Origin: Eledone cirrhosa
Lineage: Eukaryota
DNA length: 64,000 nucleotides
Assembly: GCA_964016885.1 (NCBI GenBank)
Contig: OZ024743.1
Coordinates: forward strand, 368,218,001 to 368,282,000
Direction of reading: 5' to 3'
The translations under genes and the position numbers were made by a program. Under the pieces are notes generated by a model. The model ran no database searches. It was not told the DNA's origin and worked only from the letters and a program-made list of their open reading frames with translations. Positions 49,901 through 61,605 of this stretch are shown one piece after another. Each line of letters starts with the position of its first letter. Position 1 is the stretch's first letter.

Positions 49901-51105
49901 AATAATTATGTAGTCACTGTCGGTTATTTGGGAGGTAGTGAGTATCAATGTCTTATAGAATCTGTCTTTTATAACGCCAGGTAGTCCGGATTGGGGTGCG
50001 TACGCAGATATTAGTCACAGTAGTTCTATTTAGGACAAGTCTTATTTTAATTATTCTGTCGTTCACTCTATTTACGTCTGTTATCTTATCTACCGATTTT
50101 TCTGCTAACACGATTCCTACCCCACCCAGCCCATTGTCATTTCCCACCCAGAAAAGCTTATAGCATCGTTTTTTATCCACAATGAATCTAGCAAACCCAC
50201 CCCTCCACCTGGTCTCTTGGATACAGCAAACATCAACTTCCTCACGCTGAAGCATTTCTACAACCTCGTTAGAGCGACCTTTCAAGGTGCCTACATTCAT
50301 GGTACCAACTCTGAAATTTTGGGTTGCGTTTGGTGGGTGGGAACGGTGGGGCACAGGGAGGAGTGAGGGGGAGGGGTTGGGGTTATGTTGGCCATCCACG
50401 GCCGAAATAAAGAGGAGGAGTCCTTGCCTTTTCGTCCGACAGCATGAGGTGAATTTGTCTTTATCTTTGGCATTGTCACTGAGTGTCCAGATTTTTTAGA
50501 CTCTCCAGAATTCCTTAGTCCATCCATCATATCGAAAGGCAACCAGAAGAAGTGATAGCATAGGCCGCTGACTTATGATTGGTCCAAATAATAATGGTGG
50601 CGAGTGGGGGCAGGTGGGAGGGGTATGGGGTAGTTAGCGAGAAGGTTTAAATAAAATCCTCAAATTTTGGGCATAATTGGACAAGCATATAACAGTAATA
50701 AGCGAATAATGGAATTTTAAAATACAAGATTATTTAGAACAACCAGACAGAATTATAGAATAGCATTGAGAAAGAGCAAAGATTGGATTCTGGGCGATGA
50801 TACAGATATATGAAAAGACCACGAAGATGGAGAGACAAGAAAAAATGGCATTTTACATTACATTTCAGAGGAGAGCGAGCAGTCTGACCATTAATAAGAG
50901 TTGACAAATTCTGAGATTCGGTTTATTTTATATTTGGTGAGAGACGGAAGTGATTGAGAGAGGGAACCAGCAGGCGCATATACAATATAGGGGGGGGGGG
51001 GGGGTAAAGAATAGGAGGGGCAAGGAAGACCAGTTTATAAATCTTAGAATTTTTGGCCAAAATTAAACAAACAAGACGGTTTATTTTAGAAAAAAACGAA
51101 CGAGA
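46908..51105 (-). mobile_element. RTE family B, near full-length and degraded, with long putative 5' region
   Basis: All APE/RT/finger motifs split over frameshifted ORFs, starting at RVGTMNVG near 50310; 5' boundary taken at the next TA tract and uncertain. Confidence 0.88.
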
Positions 51106-51151
51106 TGTGTATATATATATACAATTGTATCATATATATATATATATGATA

Positions 51152-51825
51152 CAGTCTTAGCCATGTTAATTTTAAGGCCTTTTGATTCTAGGCCGTGCTT
51201 CCATGTTTGGAATTTCTTCTCTAGCTCGGCCATTGATTCAGCTATGAGCGTTAGGTCATCTGCGTATAGGAGTTCCCATGGGCAGCCGGTCTTGAACTCC
51301 TCTGTTATAGCCTGAAGAGCAATAATGAATAGTAGGGGGCTAAGAACAGAGCCCTGATGGACACCAACTTTTACGCTAAACTCTTCACTATATTCGTTGT
51401 TAATTCTAACCTTGCTCACTGTTATGTTGGTGCCACAAAATCCAGGCCGAAACAAATGAGATCGTGTAGGTGTCACGACAAAAAAACACACAGTCCACGC
51501 TGTAATGTGACCGTGTAGGCAACACGGTAAAAACGTCCCAGTCCCACACTGTAAATGTGGTTGGTGTTAGGAAGGGCATCCAGCTGTAGAAAACCTGCCA
51601 GACAGTCCACGCTGTAATGTGGCCGTATAGGCAACACGGTAAAAACCTCCCAGCCCCACACTGTAAATGTGGTTGGTGTTAGGAAGGGCATCCAACTGTA
51701 GAAAACCCGCCAGACAGTCCTATGCGAGCAAGACAACCACTCTTGCCTCAAGTGGGAAAACTCCCGTCCAAACCCATGCAAGCATGGAACACGGACGTTA
51801 AACGATGATGATGATGATGATGATA
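51152..51825. mobile_element. RTE family B insertion with 5' inversion and deletion
   Basis: 51152-51423 RT fragment (-) fused at GTT to the 3' UTR and tail 51421-51825 (+), which has a duplicated 112-bp unit. Confidence 0.8.
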
Positions 51826-51958
51826 TATTGATACAATTATATATATATATATATATATATTGATACAATTATATATATATATATATATATATTGATACAA
51901 TTATATATGTATATATATATATTGATACAATTATATATGTATATATATATATTGATAC

Positions 51959-51996
<38 letters not shown>

Positions 51997-52017
51997 ATAC
52001 AATTTTATATATATATA

Positions 52018-52890
52018 GAGTCAGAACTGGTTGGAAAAAGTTCAGAGAGCTTATACCACTATTAGCTGCTAAAGGGTTCTCCCTAAAAATGAAAGGCAGG
52101 TTGTACGATGCCTGCATACGAACAGCAATGTTGCATGGTAGTGAGACCTGGGCATTGTGTGCAGAGGATATACGCAGACTAGAGAGGAACGAAGCTTGCA
52201 TGCTCCGCTGGATGTGTAACAGTAATATACGTGAACGGCAAAGCATAAACGAACTAAGGAAAAAATTAGAGATAAGAGGGATCAGATGTTGTTTACTCGA
52301 GAGAAGGCTGCGTTGGTATGGACACGTGATGCGCATGAAAGTCGATAGCTGTATTACAAAGTGCAGGGCAATAAAGATAGACGGTAGCCACGGAATAGGC
52401 AGACCTAGAAAAACATGGGATGAGCTGATAAACTCCGACCTCACACACTTACACCTCTCCAAGACAATGTCACTGGACCGTGACCTTTGGCGGTACTCAG
52501 TAACAGAGAAGACCCGCCTTGCCAGTAGGCATCTCTAACAAACTACACCCCGTCCCGCCACCACCCCCACCCCATCCACACCACCCCGTTCTATGTAAAG
52601 TTATGTTGGTGCCGCGCCATCCAGGCCGAAACAAATGAGATCGTGTAGGTGTCACGACAAAAAAACACACAGTCCACGCTGTAATGTGGCCGTGTAGGCA
52701 ACACGGTAAAAACCTCCCAGACCCACACTGTAAATGTGGTTGGTGTTAGGAAGGGCATCCAACTGTAGAAAACCTGCCAGACAGTCCTATGCGAGCAAGA
52801 CAATCACTCTTGCCTCAAGTGGGACTACCCCCGTCCAAACCCATGCAAGCGTGGAACACGGACGTTAAACGTTGATGATGATGATGATGA

Positions 52891-52893
<3 letters not shown>
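52018..52893 (+). mobile_element. RTE family B young 5'-truncated copy
   Basis: Translation matches the C-terminus of 17021..20008; (GAT)n tail; TA flanks. Confidence 0.93.
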
Positions 52894-52918
<25 letters not shown>

Positions 52919-52924
<6 letters not shown>

Positions 52925-53422
52925 TAATAAAAACAATGAATAAAAACAAAGAAACCGTTCCTTATATTAAAAAATTCATCATTTTACGATCGTTTCTAGG
53001 ATATATATGTGTGTGTTGGTATGTATATCATATAGATCTATGTAAAAGTTTTACAAACTATCAGGGAATATACATACCTACACATATATATGCTGTCTTC
53101 AGATTTATTTCTGAAGACAGCATATATATGTGTAGGTATGTATATTCCCTCTGTTGTTTGTAAAACTTTTACATAGATCTATATGATATACATACCAACA
53201 CACACATATATATCCTAGAAACGATCGTAAAATGATGAATTTTTTAATATAAGGAACTGTTTCTTTGTTTTTATTCATTGTTTTTATTAATTTATCTTGA
53301 CTCTGTCTTCCTGTGTTTTTCATCGAAAAAATTTTGAATACATCTTCTCTTTTCATGGTATTTGGATTACATTGAGTTCTTCTTACGGTTTGGACACTAC
53401 CGTATATTTTGGTAGATTTATC

Positions 53423-53425
<3 letters not shown>
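52919..53425. mobile_element. Fold-back element H5, uninterrupted copy
   Basis: Arms of about 185 bp centred on TCTTCAGATTTATTTCTGAAGA; (TA)n flanks; diverged partial relative at 59480-59755 (-). Confidence 0.85.
53105..53235 (+). ncRNA. Hammerhead H5 with a 100-nt stem II
   Basis: UUAUUU-CUGAAGA-CAGCAUAUAUAUGU..ACAUAUAUAUCCUA-GAAA-CGAUCG-UA/AAAUGA. Confidence 0.75.
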
Positions 53426-53462
<37 letters not shown>

Positions 53463-53524
53463 GCGCGCCATCTCACATATATATATATATTGATACAATT
53501 GTATATATATATATATATTGATAC

Positions 53525-53586
<62 letters not shown>

Positions 53587-53606
53587 GTATCAATATATAT
53601 ATATAT

Positions 53607-56600
53607 GTGAGATGGCGCGCATTTCATTTCGATAATAAAGAAGCTAAAAGAAAAATCAACTCCAATTATTTCGAAACTATCTTTAAATCCAGAAAGAATT
53701 CTCCATCCAACAAACTCCTGTAGGATTTTGAAACTGAAATGTTCAATATTCTTAAGAAAATTAAATTCAGGAAAAACCCATATATAGGTCACTAATACCT
53801 TAGAACTTTAAAAGAAAAAATCTCGGATATAAAAAAAGTTAATAAAATATTGGTAAAATTTGACAAAACAAATAATTTATATGGGATAAATAATGAAGAA
53901 TATAATGATTTGATTTTAAAAGAACTAAGGAAGAATTTATAAAAAAAGCCCCGGCCGAAGATCTTACAGACATCAATAATGATGCATATAAATTAATTGC
54001 AAAATTAGGAATTGAAGGAAGAACCGAGCCTCTTATACCTAGACAGCCGCGGATCAATTTTAAAGATCACAAAAGAAACTTTGAGGTAGACCTGCCAGTT
54101 AGACTGATTGCTCCATCTAAATTGGATATTGGAGTAATCAGTAAGAATATTGTTGATATAATTCTACCTATTTTGAAATTGAGGTCTAAATTGAGCTGGC
54201 GGAAGGACACGAATGAAGTGATTGATTGGTATAAAAATATAGATGATAAGAAAAACCATAAATTCATCCCGATGGACATAACAAGCTATTACTCTTCCAT
54301 TACGCCTAACCTACTAAATAAGGCTTTATACTATGCTTACAAACATACAGATCTAACTACGGATGAAATCGATATCATATTAACTGCTAGAAGAACTCTA
54401 ATTAATTTCAACAGTGAGTATTAGACCCGCTCAGATAGAAATAGAAACTTCGACATTACCATGGGATCATCGGACTCAGCGCAAGTCATGGATCTTCTGG
54501 GGATTTTCATCTTAAATAAGATAAATAGAAAACTGCCGGAGATTACCGGTGGTTTATATAGGGACGATATTTTATTTACGATTGTTAAACTAAAAATTAC
54601 GACCTTAAATTAGAGGTAGAAAGTGGTACCAAAATAGTTAATTTCCTTGATGTTATCCTTAACTTAAACTCTGGCTCTTATTACCCTTTCCATAAGCCCA
54701 ATGAAAACTTAAATTACGTTAGTTATTACTCTAATCACCCTAAATCTGTGAAAAACGCAATTGTCAATAGTATACAGAAACACATAACTAGAATATCTGC
54801 TAATAAATCAATATTTGATGAAAAAGCAGGATATTGCAATGAAGCGCTAAGAAAGGCAGGTTATAAAAATAATATAGAATATTTAGACAATAATAATTCA
54901 AATCCTAATCCTGATAAAAATAATAATAATAATATGACTGGCATGTATAAATGATATTCTAAAAATTATAATTCAAACACCTGTACTGTGAATAAATCGG
55001 GGAAAAGAACCAGAACTAAATCAGTTATATGGTTTGTCCCCCCCCCCCGCTTCTGTAGCAGTAAGAACACCACTAGCTATTCTATTCTTTAAGGCTTTAG
55101 ATAATTCCTTCCCTAGTCAACATAAATACCGTTCCATATTTAATAGACACACAATTAAGCTTTCTTATTCTACAACTATGAATATGGTCCAAAACATTGC
55201 TAAACTAAATAGTAGAATTCTAAACCCAAACCAGCATAATGTTGTTAATAATAGTGTTAATGTAAATAATAATAAATCGAAATGTAATTGTAGAAATAAA
55301 CCAGATTGCCCTCTGCAAAATAATTGTCTGGATAGAAATTTGGTGTATAAATGCACCGTAAAAACAAATAACAACATATACAACTACATAGGAGCAACTT
55401 CTTCGACATTTAAATCGAGATTTGCGAATCACAAATGCTCGTTTTCGAATTTTAATAGGAAGTCTTCGACTTCTTTATCATAACTTATATGGTCATTAAA
55501 AGATAAAAATTTAAAATACTCGATTTTTTTTTGGACGAAGCTTTGTAATAGTAAAATCTACTCGAACTCATCTATATCAACTAACTGCAACCTCTGCACA
55601 AAGGAGACCCTATTAATAATTACTAATTATGAAAACTTAATTAACAAAAAAAAGTGAGTTATTCTCAAACTGCCTTCATAAAGCTTTGTCTACATTCCAA
55701 GCCTCGCAAAAAGTCAGGAAAAAATACTAAACAAACGGGTTTTAATTTTTGACGTCTCTTATTAACTGTTGGGCCTAAAACGTTATAACACTTTATAAAA
55801 CTTTAATAATACTTTATTTTTAATCATTTATGATAGCGTTAATGTTAGAATGAAGGATCCTGTTTAGGTATATAAACATATTATTTGTTAACTTGTTCTC
55901 CTGATAAATATGCACACCTTTTGATTATTTCAGATATTTATGATTTAGATTCGGATCTTTATATATTTGTCTCTGCTTTAAATATATAATTTGGATATTT
56001 AACTTGTAAGATTACCGGTTATAATTAAACCGTAGATCATTCATGCATTTATATATTTTACTCATTTTGGGTAGATTTTGGGGACTCAGAAAGTTAGATT
56101 TGCACATATATATTTTTTATATATATCTAGGTATGAATATAACAAACCATACTAGTCGACAAATATTGGTCTCTCTTTTCACTGAACTGGAGCTAAAACT
56201 ACAATTATAGCATTACTAATAATGATTGTAATTATTTATTTATTATATGTATATCGTTTCACTAATACCTATAATACTCTATCTATATAGTTGTACAAAT
56301 ATGTTTATCTAGTGTAATAACATGCTTGTAGTTACATTTATAAGTAATTTAGATACTCAAATGACTCCCTATTGTTATAAGTGTTAGATATTCCCTTGAT
56401 GTTCGAAATTATATAATGATTATTACTTAATTTAATTTAATTTACTTTATTTTAATTAAAATTAAATTACCTTTGGCTTTTTCAAACCTTTAGCTCCTCT
56501 TTCTATCACATTCGCTGGACATTTTAGAAGTATCTTTTGTCTACTACATATTAAAACCCTCTTGCATTTTAAACTATATTTTTAATATTGGGCATTTTTA

Positions 56601-57697
56601 TGTTTCGCAAACAATTCATTATTTTTCACTTTTTATTTTGTATCTGGCCCTTATCCTTAGGACTCGTGTAGTTTTGACTTATATATTTATAGTATATATT
56701 TATTAAATGATCTAAACCATTAATTTTTAACAATATTTTCAGTAACTTATTCACTATATTGTATTATGTTATGTATATTTGAAAGGTATCATCATCTTAA
56801 GTCTTTAGACAATATAATATTTGTTGTTTTTGATAAACACATATATGTAATTTAAAATTCAGACCTCTTTAAGTTTAATTATAAGGCCTGTTGATCCTTT
56901 AGGCACTCAAATTGTTAATCATAAATTCTTTAAAAATTATAACTGTAATTATTTTCTAAATTATATTATATAAACTGTTGTCAATATTATAAATAATTTT
57001 GGTAAAGTTTACCTTCGTGAGGTTGTAAAAGCATTGTTTTCTTTCTCGTGTTTGTAAATCCTTTAAATTTGATTTCATAAAATTTGATTTTAGAAATTAA
57101 ATTTGATAGTATACTTTAATATTAATACGGATACCTATTAACTCTTAAAACCTAAAATATTCATTACTCTGAACTAACTAATTAAATATTTTGAATATTA
57201 ATGGTCAACCAAATAAGTTTAGTATATATATTGTTTATATGGATAATTGTCTAAAAACTTGAACATAAGTTATCCCTCTTTGTCTCTCTGTAATCAACTC
57301 TTTTGTTTTTCGAGGCCCCTACTAGCTATACTATCCCATCAGCTGTGTCTTCCTCTATGCTTTCCTTTCTTTCCTCTTTCTTCACTAATTTAAATTTTTT
57401 TAACTGTTATATTGATGCCAAGTATTTTTTAAGCTGTCTCATACGCACCCTCTCTATTGTATGTATTATATATTTTTCTCATGTTCTCAATATTAAGGTA
57501 TATAAATATTGAGTTTTTTCATATATTACTCACTATCACGACTGAATCTTAACCATCTACTGTGTCAGGGTATGTCATGCATCATCTTATTTTATCTGAT
57601 GAGGACGTACTGTTGAAGTTAACTCAGTACCTCTGAAATATGTATAATAAAATATACATGATCACAAGAATATCTATTTTGTTAATATTTAGAATTA
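53607..57697 (+). mobile_element. Naiad-like PLE, degraded ORF at about 53607-55730, with ~2-kb AT-rich 3' region ending in a hammerhead
   Basis: RWRAF, KDHK..PVRLIAPSK..GVISK, MDITSYYSSI, FDITMGS, GLYRDD, CNCR..CPL..CL, LVYKC..YIGAT; linking the 3' region to the ORF is inferred. Confidence 0.85.
57588..57654 (+). ncRNA. Hammerhead H6 (antisense copy at 57813-57879)
   Basis: UAUUUUAU-CUGAUGA-GGACGUACUG..CAGUACCUCU-GAAA-UAUGUA-UA/AUAAAAUA. Confidence 0.85.
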
Positions 57698-57945
57698 ATA
57701 TATATATATATATAATTGTATCAATATATATATATATATTGATACAATTATATATATATATATATATATTAATTCAAAATATTAACAAAATAGATATTCT
57801 TGTGATCAAGTATATTTTATTATACATATTTCAGAGGTACTGAGTTAACTTCAACAGTACGTCCTCATCAGATAAAATAAGATGATATATATATAATAAG
57901 ATGATAATATATATAATAAGATGATGCATATATATATATTGATAC

Positions 57946-58001
<56 letters not shown>

Positions 58002-58050
58002 ATATAATTATATATATATTGATATAATTATATATATATATATATATATA

Positions 58051-59210
58051 TGAAAAAGAACACAAGAGCGTCTACAACATCAAAAGATTTTTATTGGCTT
58101 ACAATGTTTCTTCCTTACGTAACCATAGGATTCGTCAGAGCTATAAAAGGGGTTTGATTGGTGTTATGGACTCTACCAACCAAACATTCAAGAACAAAGA
58201 GTAAAGAGCAAAAGTAGGGGACGATAAGTCTAATTTTGGTGCATCTGCTGTGCATCTGCTGTGGTGTCAAAAACAAACGCACATGACCGCACAGATAAAC
58301 AATGGACCATGCCACGTGGCTTGAACCCGTAAGTGAGTTGAAGGTTCTGCAACTCTGATACACAGATTATTTATTATTAAGATGTATAAACTTGACATAA
58401 CTATTATCATCTTATATTCTCTCAACTAATCACACTTGATCATATTTCTCTATCCCGTTTTCTCCCCCCATAATTATTATATTTTTATTATTATTTGAAA
58501 AAAATCGGTTTTTTTTTTACATTGTGTTTTCCCCTCCAAGTATTCGCTTATATTTCTTTATATATTCTCTATATATATTTTTTTATCTTTATTATTTCCA
58601 CTTCTATCCTCCTTTATATTTTACCTTATTCTTACTTTTATACCTTATTATAGTGTAATCTTCCCCATGCCTTATTATACACTATTAATTATAGGTTATT
58701 ATTATTACTCTTTTTCCATTTCTAATTACCTCATGTACTTTCTCCTCCGCTATATATATATATATATATATTGTATGCCCTTTGTGTTTGTGTAGCCTCT
58801 GCGCACCCTCTGCACCATACTATCGACGCCACCCCATCTATGGTTCAGCTAACCACCTGACTCCCGGGAATGAATATGACCGCAGCTAGTAAACAAGGAC
58901 CCACACCCCACCCTCCCACACCAAAATTACACTTATCGTCCCCTACTTTTGCTCTTTACTCTTTGTTCTTGAATGTTTGGTTGGTAGAGTCCATAACACC
59001 AATCAAACCCCTTTTATAGCTCTGACGAATCCTACGGTTACGTAAGGAAGAAACATTGTAAGCCAATAAAAATCTTTTGATGTTGTAGACGCTCTTGTGT
59101 TCTTTTTCATATATACGGGTCTGCTCCAAAGCATAGAGCTAATTATTATGCTGCCAATACCTTAATGGGACACAGGTATACAATACCTAACTCCTATTAA
59201 CCTAAGTATT
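58051..59210. mobile_element. Fold-back / inverted-pLTR element with hammerhead pair H7
   Basis: Arms of about 180 bp (58051-58229 / 58932-59110) with an ~700-bp spacer; (TA)n flanks. Confidence 0.82.
59012..59071 (+). ncRNA. Hammerhead H7 (antisense copy at 58089-58148)
   Basis: UUUUAUAGCU-CUGACGA-AUCCUACG..CGUAAGGAA-GAAA-CAUUG-UA/AGCCAAUAAAA. Confidence 0.75.
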
Positions 59211-59260
59211 TATATATATATATATATATATATATAATTATATATATATATATATATATA

Positions 59261-59301
<41 letters not shown>

Positions 59302-59334
59302 ATATAATTATATATATATATATATATATTGATA

Positions 59335-59371
<37 letters not shown>

Positions 59372-59374
59372 ATA

Positions 59375-59415
<41 letters not shown>

Positions 59416-59418
59416 ATA

Positions 59419-59459
<41 letters not shown>

Positions 59460-59749
59460 ATATAATTATATATATATATAGATAAATCTACCAAGAGTTT
59501 ACGGTAGTGTCCAATCCGTATGAAGAACTCAATGTATTCCGGATATCATGGAAAGAAGAGATGTAATGAAAAATCACTTTCGGTGAAAGATAAACGGTAT
59601 ACAGAGTCAAGATAAAATATTAAACAAATAATGAATAAAACAATGAAACAGTTCCTTATATTAAACAAAAAAAGTTCATTATTTAACGATCGTTTCTAGG
59701 ATATATATGTGTTAGAATTGGCATGCATATTCAACAGATCTATGTACAA

Positions 59750-59785
<36 letters not shown>

Positions 59786-59793
<8 letters not shown>

Positions 59794-60111
59794 GTGAGGT
59801 TTTTTTTACAAAATGAAAAATAACTGAGGTGTCCTACACGAGTGAAAGTATAAAGAAAAAGAGATGAAATCGAAAATGCAACTGAAGTCTTATTTTTTTT
59901 TTAAATATATATATTTATTTGGTTCCTTTACGGGTTTCGCAGTTCTTCTGCTTTTCAAAAGGTGAGTTGAGATGGACACAGACCCTCCATCTCAACTCAC
60001 CTTTTGAAAAGCAGAAGAACTGCGAAACTGGTAAAGGAACCAAATAAATATATATATTTAAAAAAAAAATAAGACTTCAGTTGCATTTTCGATTTCATCT
60101 CTTTTTCTTTA
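59786..60111. mobile_element. Second H2 fold-back copy (hammerheads 59925-59962 on -, 60000-60037 on +)
   Basis: Same sequence as 31500-31860 in the opposite orientation, with a different fold-back junction. Confidence 0.85.
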
Positions 60112-60322
60112 TATATATATATATTGATATATATATATATATTGATATAATTATATATATATATATTGATATAATTATATATATATATATTGATATAATT
60201 ATATATATATATATATATATATTGATATAATTATATATTTATATATATATTGATATAATTATATATATATATATATATTGATATAATTATATATTTATAT
60301 ATATATATATATATTGATATAA

Positions 60323-60353
<31 letters not shown>

Positions 60354-60376
60354 ATTGTATCAATATATATATATGT

Positions 60377-60411
<35 letters not shown>

Positions 60412-60481
60412 ATGTGGGTAATATTAAATATTATCCAATTACAAGTATGAGAATAGCTCAATGTATATTACAGAGCCGACA

Positions 60482-60996
60482 TACTTTATAAATAATAATC
60501 AAAGAGTGTTTAGAACATTTAATCACTTACGATTGTTTCATCCTAGCACAAGGCCAGAATCATCAGAGTATATAATAAAGGTTAAAAGACAAATATAATA
60601 TCAGAAGTTTGTCATAAGAACATTAGGAGGATACATAATATTGGAAGTAAGCATAAGTATCAACATTTATATAAGAAATGATAGCAAAGGTAGAAGAAGC
60701 ATATGAAAAATATGAGCATATAAATGCAATAAAATAAAATTAGGATCAGCTAAAAGCATTAAAAATTTAAAAATCATGCTGCTATAGAGAAACATGCCTT
60801 TGCCATCTTTTCTTATATAAACTTATGCTTACTTCATATATTGTGTTTCCTCCTTATGTTCTTATGACAAACTTTTGATATTATATTTGTATTTCAACCT
60901 TTATTATATACTCCGATGATCTGGTCTTGTGCTAGGATAAAACGATCATAAGTGATTAAATGTTCTAAACACTCTTTGATTGTTATTTATGAAGTA
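60482..60996. mobile_element. Older fold-back element with hammerhead H8 (60524-60570 on - has intact core; + copy degenerate)
   Basis: Diverged arms of about 200 bp; minus strand UACU-CUGAUGA-UUCUGGC..GCUAGGAU-GAAA-CAAUCG-UA/AGUG. Confidence 0.7.
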
Positions 60997-61021
60997 TATA
61001 TATATATATATATATATAAAT

Positions 61022-61294
61022 AAGGAGCAGGAATGAAGTATCAATATAATATCATTATGTTTATTCACATGTGGCAACCAGCTCAAGGTACGATCAGTAA
61101 TGATCAAGCCTGACTCTGGAATTGACAACTTATCAGATTTATAGATTCTTGAAAATTCACAAGTCTAATGAGCTATTGATTTCAGATTTAGACACGATCA
61201 CTACCAATTGTACTTTGAGCTGATCGATCGTGAAATACATGTCACATGTGAATAAACATAATGATGTTATATTGATACTTCATTCCTGCTCCTT
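61022..61294. mobile_element. Old ~270-bp fold-back with decayed hammerhead core
   Basis: Outer ~54-bp arms nearly perfect; CACAAGU-CUAAUGA..GAAA-UACAUG-UC/ACAUGUG on +, CUGAUAA on -. Confidence 0.6.
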
Positions 61295-61605
61295 TCTGAG
61301 TTCAAATCCCACTACGGTTACCTTTGTCTTACATCCTTACAGAGTCAATAAAATAAAGTATGAATAATGCTCTGGGGTTGATTTAATCTACTTCTCCTAC
61401 CCCTAAAATGTTTGTCCTTGTATGGTGGTTTGGCAGTATCGGTAGAGCATCAGACACCATGCTTTGCAGCACAGAGTTATGTGCCTTTACTTTCTGGGTT
61501 CAAATCCCGCTGGGGTTAACTTTTCCTTTCATTCTTACGGGGTCGATAAAATAAAGTACCAGTAATGCACTGGGTAATTGCTGGCCTTGTGCCAAAAGTA
61601 GAAAC
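61295..61605 (+). mobile_element. Two tandem tRNA-derived SINE copies (first is 5'-truncated)
   Basis: B-box GTTCAAATCCC at about 61299 and 61498; homologous to 9010-9195. Confidence 0.8.
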
